Source: Candidatus Heimdallarchaeota archaeon
GTDB taxonomy: Archaea > Asgardarchaeota > Heimdallarchaeia > Heimdallarchaeales > Heimdallarchaeaceae
DNA: 64,000 bases
Direction: 5' to 3'
NCBI GenBank assembly: GCA_030603365.1
Contig: JAUVXV010000012.1
Coordinates: 70,462 to 134,461, forward strand
The position numbers and the translations under genes are program-made. The notes below the pieces were generated by a model. It was given only the letters and a program-made list of their open reading frames with translations. It searched no databases and was not told where the DNA came from. This document shows positions 19,403 to 29,465 of the stretch, piece after piece (within the stretch, counting starts at the first letter, position 1; each line of letters begins with the position of its first letter).

Positions 19403-21061
19403 CTACAGTTTACCTTCTAATCTAGTAACTATTTCTGTCTTTTCGAGTTCTTTAGCTATCTCAAGTGCCTTGCTTAGATATTCTTTAGCTTTATCAGCTT
19501 GAGTAAAGAGAAAAATATTACCTATTTTTTCATAAACTCTCATCAAGCTTACATAATTTTCTAATTCTTGGAAAATAGAAATAACTGCCTGGTAATCTGC
19601 AAATGCTTTTTCTTGATTTTTCAAACTTTTTACATCTGCCACAATTTCTTTCAATAGTCCTTCATAATAAGGATTATTTCTTTTAGAAGCTATTTCTATG
19701 CCCTTTTTTGCGTACGAAGATGAAAGTTTGGGATTTCTATCTCTCATTCCAAAAGCTAACTGATAGTGTTGGTACATCATTAAATCATATTGGAGAGTTG
19801 GATCTTCATCTTGATCTTTAAGTGCTAAAATCAATCTTTCAACCTTCTTATCTAATTTTTCTGCTCTCTTCATATTGCCAGTTTGTAGGGCAAGTAGTTG
19901 AGAACCTAAATAATTATAAAAAGAATTATTTTCCTTATCTTCCTTAGAATAAAGATCACCAATTTCCTCATACAATTTCGAATATTCAAGCAGATCTGTA
20001 TCGTTAAGTTTTGAAATTTTATTCTCATCAAAAATATGTTCAGTGGTATTAATTTCGCTCATTTCGGATGAAATTAATTTGAGTTGTTTTTTCTCAATTC
20101 TTCTAGTGATATCAACAATTCCTGTACTAGCATAAATCTCAAAAACTTTTTTCGTACCAACTGTATCTTCGATTGGTTCTGGAATTGGTATGTTAAGGGA
20201 GTAAGATAAAGCATGACCTTTCTTAATTAGTTCTCTGACATATTCTAAAGCTGCTAAAATATCCTCAAATTCATCAATATTCTGAATAGCTTGAAGATTA
20301 TTCTTTGCATCCATTAGATTAGTAAATGCACCACTAAAATCTCTCTGTACAATATTAACCAAACCCATCCGATATTTTATGATACCAACTGCTTTTTTAT
20401 CTGATATATCTTCAAAGAACCCGATATTTTCTTCATAAAGTGAATAAGCTTGTTCTTTCTCTGTTTCAAAGAAACAATGTGCAAGATCTATAGAATTTTC
20501 TGCATAATAGTCTTTTTCACCCAATTCATTTGCTAGATCTCTAGCTTGATTAAAAACTACCGCAGCATCTTTCAAATCAAAATTTTTCAAATTTCTGCCA
20601 AAAGCAGAGAGACTCAATAAATGAAGCTTCTTATCCTCCGATCGTCTAGCTTCACTTACAGCAAGAAGATAATATTCTGTTGCTTCTTGATGTTTCTGTT
20701 CAGATGTCAAAAGTGTCGCGATTAGTGAAGATATTTTTGCTGTAAGGTAGTGAGCATCAAGTCTTTTTCCCTCATTGATGAGATTAGATGCTTTCTCAAT
20801 AACACTACGAATTTCCCCTTCTTTTACTTCTTCCAATAATTGATTGTATTTCTTTTCAAGTTCTTCTGTTTCATCTACAACTTTGTCTTCATATGTAATA
20901 ATCATATCTGACTGTGATAACCCTACTTGTTCATTCTCAGGAATATCTTCTAAACCCTCAATATCACTTATTTCTTCCATTTCTAGTGCGAATTCTTCCA
21001 TCGAATCAAGATCTTCAAGTTCTTCCTCCTCTAGATCTTCAATACTTCTTTCTTCATCCAT
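19403..21061 (-). CDS. TPR protein with acidic disordered N-terminus
   Basis: E/D-rich first ~60 aa; repeats such as A.EYY..A...A, EKIGNIF....DKAKEYL.KALEIA. Confidence 0.75.
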   Translation of the reverse strand: MDEERSIEDLEEEELEDLDSMEEFALEMEEISDIEGLEDIPENEQVGLSQSDMIITYEDKVVDETEELEKKYNQLLEEVKEGEIRSVIEKASNLINEGKRLDAHYLTAKISSLIATLLTSEQKHQEATEYYLLAVSEARRSEDKKLHLLSLSAFGRNLKNFDLKDAAVVFNQARDLANELGEKDYYAENSIDLAHCFFETEKEQAYSLYEENIGFFEDISDKKAVGIIKYRMGLVNIVQRDFSGAFTNLMDAKNNLQAIQNIDEFEDILAALEYVRELIKKGHALSYSLNIPIPEPIEDTVGTKKVFEIYASTGIVDITRRIEKKQLKLISSEMSEINTTEHIFDENKISKLNDTDLLEYSKLYEEIGDLYSKEDKENNSFYNYLGSQLLALQTGNMKRAEKLDKKVERLILALKDQDEDPTLQYDLMMYQHYQLAFGMRDRNPKLSSSYAKKGIEIASKRNNPYYEGLLKEIVADVKSLKNQEKAFADYQAVISIFQELENYVSLMRVYEKIGNIFLFTQADKAKEYLSKALEIAKELEKTEIVTRLEGKL

Positions 21062-21146
21062 TGTATTCACAATAGCTTTTGTTATAGTAATAACTTGAGA
21101 AGGAATCATTCTTATACTTATCCCTTTTTCTTCAAGAAAAAAACAA

Positions 21147-23144
21147 TTAGGTTTTCTTGCTTTTTCTATAATAATATAATAGAGGTAAGAATATAATTGA
21201 GGTTATGATGCTAAATGTAGATAAAGGAATGGTACTTGTTGGTATTGTCGGAGTAGGAGTTTCTGTTATAGTAGGAGTGGGAGTGGGAAATTCATAGTAA
21301 CCAGCTGCAGCTAACCATTCAAGAGATTTGGTTTGATTGTATTCATATTGAAAACCGTCATAATAATAGTATGAAGTAAAAGGATAAACAACACTATGAC
21401 AGTTAAAATACTCCCCACCATGCTCTTCTTGATTCATTTTTTCTCTATCAATTGCATGTATAATTGCTTTACGAACCGCTAATCCTCTTGTATACTCTTC
21501 TTTCCCTTCTTCAGTAAGATAAATGAAATTATTAGAACCTCCGATAAATGATCGTTTTAGATTGAATCCCATGAAGGAGAAACTTGCAGTAATAAATGAT
21601 TGAACATCGAATCTAGGGTCTTCTTGAAGGAGTTTTCTTTCTGTAGGAAATATAGTCAACCCTGTCCAATCCAATATTCCAGCTTTAAATTCTGATAATT
21701 CTAATGAAGCGTCAGGAATGGCATGAACATTTATTGTGCTTATATTCAGATATTGAATAGATCCATCTTTTGCACCAATATTCATCCAATAAGGACTGTT
21801 TGTCAAAACTGTTTTTGAATCATGTATAAAATAATCTAGCAGATATTTTCCACAACCAAACGCAGATATGCTAAAAGACTTCCATGTATCAGTAGCAACT
21901 ATTTCTGGATAAAGTCCAATGCATCTGACTCCTCCAGCAGTATATGTTATTGTTGAATCTGTTGAATTAAGGAAAAACTCCGGTAGAATCTCAAAAGACA
22001 TCCTATGCCAAAAATCACTATAAATTTCTTCTTCTGGAGTGGAATAGTCTTCGTCCACATGAATATGAAATGCAAGTTCATTTAGAGGGTCGATATAGAT
22101 GTCTGATATCCAATTATGATAAATTGTACTATTGCTTACAATTGGATTATTCCAAGCTAAAAATGTAAAAACTGCATCTTTTGCGGTTACTTGCTGATTG
22201 GTTCCATTACTATATTCTCCTTTTAATCCAACCATTAATTCTCCATCAGTGATTGTTTCCAAAGGAGGGGAAATTGCTGTTCGTACAGTAACATTGTAAG
22301 AGGGGTTCCAAAACAGATTATCTCGCAAAAAGAATTTGTAATGGGTAGCATTAATCATCTCCCAATCATGTACTAAACCTGAACTTGAAGGTACTAAATA
22401 AGGACTAAATTGTAAAATGGGTTCAGCCATCAAACTCCAGATGAAAGCACTGGAAGTATCATCATGAATTAGAGGATTTAAATCCCTCCAATTTGCGTCT
22501 GCCATGTTAAATTCATCTAAAGAAACTTGTCCTTCATGATAACCATCATAGTACATATATGGTAAGGAATCTACAATACCCCAACTCACATTATATTCTT
22601 CTGTATTTGCCCAAGTTCCTACATAGCTTTTAGGAGCATACAAAGGCATGAGAGGGATGATTTTATCCATCATAAGCTCTTGCCATTCATAATAGATTGG
22701 TCTTCTCTCTGAAGGCTCTATTAATGTCACACCAAGATTCTGTAAATATTCGCTTTCATTATAATAGGGAAGGTTATAATCTAATTGAAATATATTAAGT
22801 GAACCATCTGCAGTATAAACAGATCTCATATCTGGTGAAGAACCTCCACCTGATAAACCAACCACAACCAAATCAAAATCATGAGTAAGTAATAAAGTTC
22901 CAACAAAAACTGACCACTCTTCAACTTTAACTGTAACCTGTATACCAATTTTACTTAAATCATGGGAGATATGGAAACCATAATCTGGTCTAACTCCTCC
23001 ACCACTAGTTTTGAAAGTTAGATAAGCTATTGGCACAGAGAAATCTGCATTAATGAAAGGTGTTCCAATGTTTGTAGAACTAACAAATAATCCGAAAGAG
23101 AATAGAATCAAAAAAATAGTTTTTCTCTTATTCTTCTTACTCAT
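21147..23144 (-). CDS. Family-5 (OppA/DppA-like) solute-binding protein, circularly permuted, C-terminally anchored (copy 1)
   Basis: LNP...D, F.LRD...W, VTAKDAVFT, G.G.Y, VRKAI..AIDR, EWL.AAG; Thr/Pro linker and TM tail. Confidence 0.88.
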   Translation of the reverse strand: MSKKNKRKTIFLILFSFGLFVSSTNIGTPFINADFSVPIAYLTFKTSGGGVRPDYGFHISHDLSKIGIQVTVKVEEWSVFVGTLLLTHDFDLVVVGLSGGGSSPDMRSVYTADGSLNIFQLDYNLPYYNESEYLQNLGVTLIEPSERRPIYYEWQELMMDKIIPLMPLYAPKSYVGTWANTEEYNVSWGIVDSLPYMYYDGYHEGQVSLDEFNMADANWRDLNPLIHDDTSSAFIWSLMAEPILQFSPYLVPSSSGLVHDWEMINATHYKFFLRDNLFWNPSYNVTVRTAISPPLETITDGELMVGLKGEYSNGTNQQVTAKDAVFTFLAWNNPIVSNSTIYHNWISDIYIDPLNELAFHIHVDEDYSTPEEEIYSDFWHRMSFEILPEFFLNSTDSTITYTAGGVRCIGLYPEIVATDTWKSFSISAFGCGKYLLDYFIHDSKTVLTNSPYWMNIGAKDGSIQYLNISTINVHAIPDASLELSEFKAGILDWTGLTIFPTERKLLQEDPRFDVQSFITASFSFMGFNLKRSFIGGSNNFIYLTEEGKEEYTRGLAVRKAIIHAIDREKMNQEEHGGEYFNCHSVVYPFTSYYYYDGFQYEYNQTKSLEWLAAAGYYEFPTPTPTITETPTPTIPTSTIPLSTFSIITSIIFLPLLYYYRKSKKT

Positions 23145-23198
23145 ATTTATCAAATATACAATAATCTCACTTATTAAATACATTTGTTCAAGACATTA

Positions 23199-23570
23199 TC
23201 AAGACTTTTTTATGACATTTCTCAAAGAATTAATCCATGTATCCAAATCATTTACAAGCCAAGCAAGTGAATCTGATTGTCTCTCGATATTTGTGAATTC
23301 CACCTTAAGTAATTTTCTTGATTTTGTTTTTCCTAAATGACCTTTAGTAGTTTTAGCTTCATAGATTAAATTTAAAGGAATATGAAAATCTTTTCTAGGT
23401 AGATACATTCCAAAATAAAGCTCCTCTTCAGTAAGTATCAATAAACCATTTCCTCTAACCTGACCTATATCTAAAGATTCTTGCCTAAAAGAATTAGCAG
23501 AACTAGGTCCTAGAATAAGTGAAGAGTTGTCAAATTTATTAATTATTTGTTGTTTTCTTTTCTTGAACAT
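23199..23570 (-). CDS. Small PH/GRAM-like domain protein
   Basis: RGNG.LILT...LYF...IPL..I and C-terminal W....L..W...L helix. Confidence 0.6.
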   Translation of the reverse strand: MFKKRKQQIINKFDNSSLILGPSSANSFRQESLDIGQVRGNGLLILTEEELYFGMYLPRKDFHIPLNLIYEAKTTKGHLGKTKSRKLLKVEFTNIERQSDSLAWLVNDLDTWINSLRNVIKKS

Positions 23571-23581
23571 AGTTTCAACCT

Positions 23582-24442
23582 TTATTTTTTCTTCAGATAT
23601 TCCAAAATTGTATCTAGCATAGGTTTAGAGTGAGTATTTTTGTTTGTCTTCAAATCGATATATTCAGAATTCTTTATCATCTGGGTAATTTCTTGAGTAA
23701 TTTCTGTATTATGTAATCTGTCAACACTCTCATCAACAATGAGAACTCGATTGTCAATTCCTTTATATACATCCCAGAAATCTCTCTGAGCAAAATATTT
23801 TGAAGCTCTTTTCCATTTTATTGGATCTGATTCTCTTATCGAACGAGCATACTTAGCACCGTGTTCTTCATCTTCAGCTTTAAAATTCTTGACCCACCAA
23901 ATGCCAATAATTTTTACTATCGAACTTAGCCATAGAGGGACAATTACAATTAGGATTCTTATTGAACGAGGGATGGGTACTTTTTCAATTGGACCAATAA
24001 ACACACTAAGGTAAGGATCAATCATACCGTTCTTGAGCATATAAGCTACTAACATGGCACTGAAAGAGGAAGTAAGCATTACTACTTTTTCTTGTTTCAA
24101 ATCTAAAAATTCAAAAATTTCTTTTATGTCTAAAGCGAATCTCTCAATATCGAACTCAGCAGTTTTAGTGATTTTACTAGATCCCTTTTCTCTCGTTTCA
24201 ATGTACAAAATATTGAAATGCTTTTGGGCATCTAAAAGGAAATTGTCCCATCCCAATACTAAAGAAACCCATCCAGCTACTAAAACAAGTGTAAAAGGGT
24301 CTTTTTTAACAGCTTTAGTTAAGCTTTGAAGTATTCTTATTTCAGAACCATCAGAAACTTGTACATAAGAAATTTCTGCTGTTTTTTCATACTCAGCAAG
24401 AGAAATAAGATCGAATTTTGCATCTGCCTTTTTTTTACTCAT
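23582..24442 (-). CDS. Alpha/beta hydrolase (atypical elbow)
   Basis: LVAGW, ETREK.SS, F..DI, TSSFSA elbow, D.LH. Confidence 0.75.
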   Translation of the reverse strand: MSKKKADAKFDLISLAEYEKTAEISYVQVSDGSEIRILQSLTKAVKKDPFTLVLVAGWVSLVLGWDNFLLDAQKHFNILYIETREKGSSKITKTAEFDIERFALDIKEIFEFLDLKQEKVVMLTSSFSAMLVAYMLKNGMIDPYLSVFIGPIEKVPIPRSIRILIVIVPLWLSSIVKIIGIWWVKNFKAEDEEHGAKYARSIRESDPIKWKRASKYFAQRDFWDVYKGIDNRVLIVDESVDRLHNTEITQEITQMIKNSEYIDLKTNKNTHSKPMLDTILEYLKKK

Positions 24443-24525
24443 ATTTATAGTTTGATTTTCTTAAATTTAAATATTACACAATAATCTAGGTAAAAATTTA
24501 AAAGAAAGAAAAAAAATGTTAAATC

Positions 24526-25335
24526 ATGATTTTTGATGCAATTATTCTTGCAGGAAAAAGTGAAAAAGATAACGAGTTGATTCAAAAAGAAAAGGTATTT
24601 TCAAAACCTTTTTTAAAATTAGGAGACAAAATGTTTCTTGAACACCAAGTTGAAGTTCTTCGGCAAATAGATGGAATGAGAAATATCTACATTAGTGGAA
24701 TGTCAGAAAAAGAATGGAAAACCAAATTACCTGCACCAGTTATTTTTGATGAATTTGAAGCAGATATTATCGAAAAATTAAGACATTTTAGACGTGATAT
24801 TTTCACACCTGATACTGAACCTGATTATGTAATTATAGTATCCAGTGATATTCCATTAATCACCAAAGAAGCCATCGAAAGATTTTTGGAAAAATGTAAA
24901 CAATCAACTGATGGTGAGTTAAAAGCTTTATATTACATGAGCCTTATTGATGAAAAAGTGATGACCAGTAAGTTTCCAGAATCAAATAGAACTTACTTAA
25001 AACTTAGGGATGTAAAATGGTGTGCTGGAGATATGATGGTAGCCAAACCTTCCATTATTGATTCTCATGGAGATGTTCTAGATCAACTTGTTAACAATAG
25101 GAAATCAGTATTCAAGTCATTGTTTGTTCTAAGTCCCATGACTGTAATAAAAATTGCTATTGGCAGATTAACGATGGATGGTTTTAATGATGCTATTAAC
25201 AAATACCTATTCAAGAGACCAGACTCGTGTATAGGAGTACTTGCTGATGATCCAGAACTTGGAATGGATGTTGATAAACCATTTCAACTAGATATTGTAA
25301 GGGAGTATTATGAAAAAATAAGTAGAAATGATTAA
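24526..25335 (+). CDS. MobA-like NTP-transferase (nucleotidyltransferase family)
   Basis: DAIILAG, KPFL, SSDIPLI, RTY.KLRD, ELGMDVDKP. Confidence 0.8.
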   Translation: MIFDAIILAGKSEKDNELIQKEKVFSKPFLKLGDKMFLEHQVEVLRQIDGMRNIYISGMSEKEWKTKLPAPVIFDEFEADIIEKLRHFRRDIFTPDTEPDYVIIVSSDIPLITKEAIERFLEKCKQSTDGELKALYYMSLIDEKVMTSKFPESNRTYLKLRDVKWCAGDMMVAKPSIIDSHGDVLDQLVNNRKSVFKSLFVLSPMTVIKIAIGRLTMDGFNDAINKYLFKRPDSCIGVLADDPELGMDVDKPFQLDIVREYYEKISRND

Positions 25336-25337
25336 AC

Positions 25338-26198
25338 TTACATAATAGGAAAAACAGCAGCCATAACTGCTCCAATCCCCACAGAAACAATAATTGCAGA
25401 ACTAATTTGCCAATGGAAAGTTTCATTGATTTCTAAGGTATTCTTAATTTTTCTTTCTAGCTTTTCTGCAAGCTCTGGAGCACCCGAATGAAGAATAATT
25501 AGATTGTAATCAACTTCGATTGAAGTTTTCTTTCTTATTTCTGATACCATATTTCTTATTGCCCCTTCATATCCTAATCCACCGCCAAATCCCAGAACGC
25601 CTTCATCTAGTTTTACTTTGTATATTGGTTTTATCTTGAATAATGTTGTTGCTAAAGAGATTGGTAATGTTCTTTTTATTTTTCCTGATTTAAACAAATT
25701 CTCAAAGTCATTAGAAAAACCAATTGTATAGATTAAGTTTTTAATAGTATCAAATTGTTTGAAAATTTCATCTATTGTTTTATTTTCTTCAAGCATTTGA
25801 TTGGCTGTAAATATGAAAGGAGCTTGGCTTGGTCCAGCTAATTGAGTTGGATAATAATGGATTTTTAATTTATCGGAAACTCTTTTAGAAGCAATTCTTA
25901 CTGAATTAACTTGATTAGAGATTTTAGGTGTCATAAATGGATAGAGAATTTCCTTATGTCCTTCTTCTATGATCTCTTCAAAAAGTTCAAGAGCTTGATG
26001 AGGAGAGGCAAAACTAGTTGTTGGAAAAGGTTCAAGAGATGGGAATATTTCCATAAATTTGTTAATATCCACTTCAGACAATTCTTTTTTCATTTCTCCA
26101 TTAACTGCAACATTTATCTCTAGAACTGATGTCTTGTTCTTTTGTAAGTATTCTAAGGGAATCTGAGAGGTTGAATCTACCATCAATTTCATTTTCAT
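25338..26198 (-). CDS. DegV/FakB fatty-acid-binding protein (copy 1)
   Basis: DSTS.IP, PTTS..SP, ISNQ.NS, L.KSGKI, IKPI, VG.GA. Confidence 0.88.
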   Translation of the reverse strand: MKMKLMVDSTSQIPLEYLQKNKTSVLEINVAVNGEMKKELSEVDINKFMEIFPSLEPFPTTSFASPHQALELFEEIIEEGHKEILYPFMTPKISNQVNSVRIASKRVSDKLKIHYYPTQLAGPSQAPFIFTANQMLEENKTIDEIFKQFDTIKNLIYTIGFSNDFENLFKSGKIKRTLPISLATTLFKIKPIYKVKLDEGVLGFGGGLGYEGAIRNMVSEIRKKTSIEVDYNLIILHSGAPELAEKLERKIKNTLEINETFHWQISSAIIVSVGIGAVMAAVFPIM

Positions 26199-26358
26199 AG
26201 CAATTTCTGAAAGAATAAATCATTTAAAAAAATATCTAATTGAATACGAATATATCTAATTAATTATATGAAAATGGAAACATTCTTTTACAAAAACACA
26301 AGTACAATTATGAAATTATAAAAGTGAAAAGAAAAAAGAGAAAAAAAGTAATTTCAAG

Positions 26359-27231
26359 TTATTTGATTGAATCTAATGTAGGATAAAGTGTAACCATTGC
26401 AGTGCCATAACCAAGTGTATTTCCAACACATGGTGACATTTGCCAGTATTTCACACTTTCAATTTTCCTGATTTTCTTAAGGCTTTCCTCAAGTTTCTTT
26501 CCTAGTTTTTCATTTTTGACATGAGATATTATCATATTATAGGTTATATTGGCATCTGTTTTCTCTTCTGCAGCTTGAGTGATTTTCTTAATCGATCCAC
26601 CAAAACCTGCACCAGCACCACCACTAGAAAAACCTTTATCTTGTTCACTTGCATAGATAGGCTTCAAACTCATCAATGAAGAAATCATGGACATTTTTAC
26701 AGTCTTCTTAATTCTTCCTGTTCTGAACAAAATATCAAAACTGGTAGAAATACCATTAGAAAAAATGAGCGGTTTCATTTTATCAAGAGTTTTTGTTATA
26801 GTTGCAATAGATTCACCCTTCTCAAGTAATTCTTGAGCATAAAGTATGAAAGGAGCCTGACTTGTAGCAGAATATTCGGTTGGATAATAATGAACTTTGA
26901 GTTTATCTTTTACTTTTTTGTATCCAACTTGTACAGGTGATATCTGATTTGACATTGTAGGGGTCAAATAAAGATAAAGTGCCTCCTTGTAACCTTCATC
27001 AATAATTTGTTCGAATACTTCTAGAGCATCTTGAGGGTTAGCAACAGAAGTTTTGGGTACGGGATTCATTTTCGCCATTTTAGAAACAAAATCTTCATAG
27101 TCAACTTCTGATAACTCTTTAAAGTGTTCACCATCCAGTTCTATAGTGGGTTCAAAGAAAATAATATTCTTTTCTTTAGCGTATTCAATTGGAATCTGAG
27201 ATGTTGAATCGGTAATTATTTTTACTTTCAT
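26359..27231 (-). CDS. DegV/FakB fatty-acid-binding protein (copy 2)
   Basis: ITDSTS, PKTS..NP, L.RTGRI, LKPI, LG.GT. Confidence 0.9.
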   Translation of the reverse strand: MKVKIITDSTSQIPIEYAKEKNIIFFEPTIELDGEHFKELSEVDYEDFVSKMAKMNPVPKTSVANPQDALEVFEQIIDEGYKEALYLYLTPTMSNQISPVQVGYKKVKDKLKVHYYPTEYSATSQAPFILYAQELLEKGESIATITKTLDKMKPLIFSNGISTSFDILFRTGRIKKTVKMSMISSLMSLKPIYASEQDKGFSSGGAGAGFGGSIKKITQAAEEKTDANITYNMIISHVKNEKLGKKLEESLKKIRKIESVKYWQMSPCVGNTLGYGTAMVTLYPTLDSIK

Positions 27232-27560
27232 AGATACCGATTTCCAACAACTTTAGAGATATTTAAAGTTTATCTAATTTTATAAAAAAACATAACAGTA
27301 ATTTCAAAAGATTGGATTTACTTGCAAGAAATATTTCTCTTACTCCTGAATTTATTATCTTCTTTTCCTTCCTTAATATTTACTCTGCGAATACAACTTT
27401 CGAAAAGATTAACTGACATTATTGGAGAGAATTTTTACTATCAATCTAAATGCTAATGTTAAATAACAATATTTGTAAAGATTTTTACGATCTTTAATCA
27501 TTCAAAAACAATGTATGACTACTTAATATAGTTTAAATATAATAAAGAAAAAAAAACTTG

Positions 27561-28427
27561 ATGAAAATTAAAATCACGACAGATGTAACTACTAGTATCC
27601 CAAAGGAAATTGCTGATAAAAATGACATAGAATTTGTTGAATTTTATTTAAATATAAATGGAAAACCAACAAAAGAATTATCAGAGATAAACAGAGAGAA
27701 GTTCATGAATGAAGCTAAATTCATGACTCCTTATCCTACTTCCAATTTTCCTAGCCCACAAAATTATCTTGAAGCATTTCAGAAAGTTGAGGATAATGGA
27801 TATGATGAGATTCTCCATATAGGTCTTAGTTTGAATATCTCTGGAGCATTAAATTCAGCTAGAGTTGCTGCTAAGAGAATTAAGAAAACTAAGATTACTG
27901 TTTATGATAGTGGTATAATGGGACCCAGTCAAGGTACGATGGTTCTAATGGCTAGAAAGCTATTAAAGAAAGGTAAAAGTGTTGAAGAAGTAATTAAATA
28001 TTTAGAATCTGAGAAACTAAAAATTTATGGTGCAGGATGTTCGGAAAATTTTGATATCCTTTTCAAAACAGGAAGAGTAAAGAAAGGTGCAGGCATCACT
28101 GTTATGTCTTCACTTATGAGACTTAAACCTTTGTTTGAACTGAATTTTGAAAAAGGTGTAACAGGAATAGGAGGAGGAATGGGTTTTAGAGGGGCTATTA
28201 AAAAAATAGTTGCCAATATAATTGAAAAAACTGATGATAAAATAACATATGATCTTTTTATGACTGATGCTGGAGCACCTAAATTACTTAAGCGATTAGA
28301 AGAAGAGATTGTTAAAGTAAGAAAGATTAAAAATATTCATTACTGGCCTATGGTTTCTATGATGATTCATACTTGTGGAAAAGGTTCAATAATAGGAACT
28401 TTAAGTCCAACACTAGATGAGATTTAG
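27561..28427 (+). CDS. DegV/FakB fatty-acid-binding protein (copy 3)
   Basis: ITTD.T, PTS..PSP, LS..ISGA.NSA, VYDS, L.KTGRV, LKP, HTCG.G. Confidence 0.9.
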   Translation: MKIKITTDVTTSIPKEIADKNDIEFVEFYLNINGKPTKELSEINREKFMNEAKFMTPYPTSNFPSPQNYLEAFQKVEDNGYDEILHIGLSLNISGALNSARVAAKRIKKTKITVYDSGIMGPSQGTMVLMARKLLKKGKSVEEVIKYLESEKLKIYGAGCSENFDILFKTGRVKKGAGITVMSSLMRLKPLFELNFEKGVTGIGGGMGFRGAIKKIVANIIEKTDDKITYDLFMTDAGAPKLLKRLEEEIVKVRKIKNIHYWPMVSMMIHTCGKGSIIGTLSPTLDEI

Positions 28428-28771
28428 ATCTGTTTAGAATATATCTGGTATATTTGTTTGAAAAAAAGTAAAAGAGTACATTGTAACTAGCTCCATCAAA
28501 CCTCTTTAAGCTCTAGCTTAATTCCAATGAAAGTTACAAGAGTAAGTACAAGTAAAGTAGAACATGTTAGGTAAGCAAGTTAATACCAGATATATTTACC
28601 TAGAGGAAGTATGAATTGAACAGTAAGTACAAATATGTTAAGATATAGATTCTTCTGATTCCATGGAAACAAACTTCCATTGCTGGATATTGCTTCTTCT
28701 TTTTATTCAAGAATAAAAAGCAATTTCAAACGATTGGAGTTACTAAAAAGAAAAGAATAAGGAGAGTCTGA

Positions 28772-29332
28772 TTAGTACCAAACTCTTTTAAAACCCATTT
28801 TGTAACCTATGAAACTGAATAATATATGGAAGAAGAATGTTATACTAGCAAGAATAACAAAGTAGTACCAAAGGTATTCTCCAAAAGGTAGCATGGCTGG
28901 TGCAGCAACTGCAAATCCAGTTAGTATATATCCCATTTGATCCCATGGGAATAGACCACTTCCAGGTTTGATATTGATTCTTCTTTTAATGAATGAACCC
29001 AGCAAATCTGCAATATGATTTCCTATTGAGAAAAGTAATCCAATATATATAGGATAGTTACAAGGGAAAACATTTCCATAGAACCATCCAAGACCAAAAG
29101 GATCAGCAAAGAAAATTGATATAAGCACTCCACTCACTGTACCTCCTATTAGACCAAAGATGATACCTTTCCAGGTTTTATTATCTCCAAAGATTCTTCT
29201 CCCTTTCCAGATTTTTCCACCATCAACAGGTTTACCTCCACCCCATAGATTAGCAAAGGTACTTGTTTGATACATAGGTTGGGCAAAAATAATAGCAATA
29301 AGTATATGCCAGCCGTAAGCAAATTCTGCCAT
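28772..29332 (-). CDS. carS: CDP-archaeol synthase (CarS/DUF46) homologue
   Basis: GGG.PVDGG...GRRIFGD.KTW.G and DL.GSFIKRR...DQ motifs. Confidence 0.88.
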   Translation of the reverse strand: MAEFAYGWHILIAIIFAQPMYQTSTFANLWGGGKPVDGGKIWKGRRIFGDNKTWKGIIFGLIGGTVSGVLISIFFADPFGLGWFYGNVFPCNYPIYIGLLFSIGNHIADLLGSFIKRRINIKPGSGLFPWDQMGYILTGFAVAAPAMLPFGEYLWYYFVILASITFFFHILFSFIGYKMGFKRVWY

Positions 29333-29388
29333 GAGGTATGTGTTAAGAAGTATAATAAAAAGTTTGCGAGTAAATGAAGTAAAAAAAC

Positions 29389-29438
29389 ACACAGCCTAAT
29401 TAATGTGTATTTTACAATACAAGTTAATAAATATGTAT
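29389..29438. promoter_or_regulatory. Two tandem palindromic boxes A(C/T)ACA-N12-TGTAT upstream of satD (candidate operator)
   Basis: ACACA-gcctaattaatg-TGTAT (29389-29410) and ATACA-agttaataaata-TGTAT (29417-29438). Confidence 0.5.
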
Positions 29439-29465
29439 TTATATTTATATTAATATTCTTTCACG

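Noticed and set aside
28430-28770. Intergenic region with AGTAAGTACAA twice and a 15-codon ORF (MKVTRVSTSKVEHVR)
   Set aside because: Only two short copies without regular spacers, so not CRISPR; the ORF has no support
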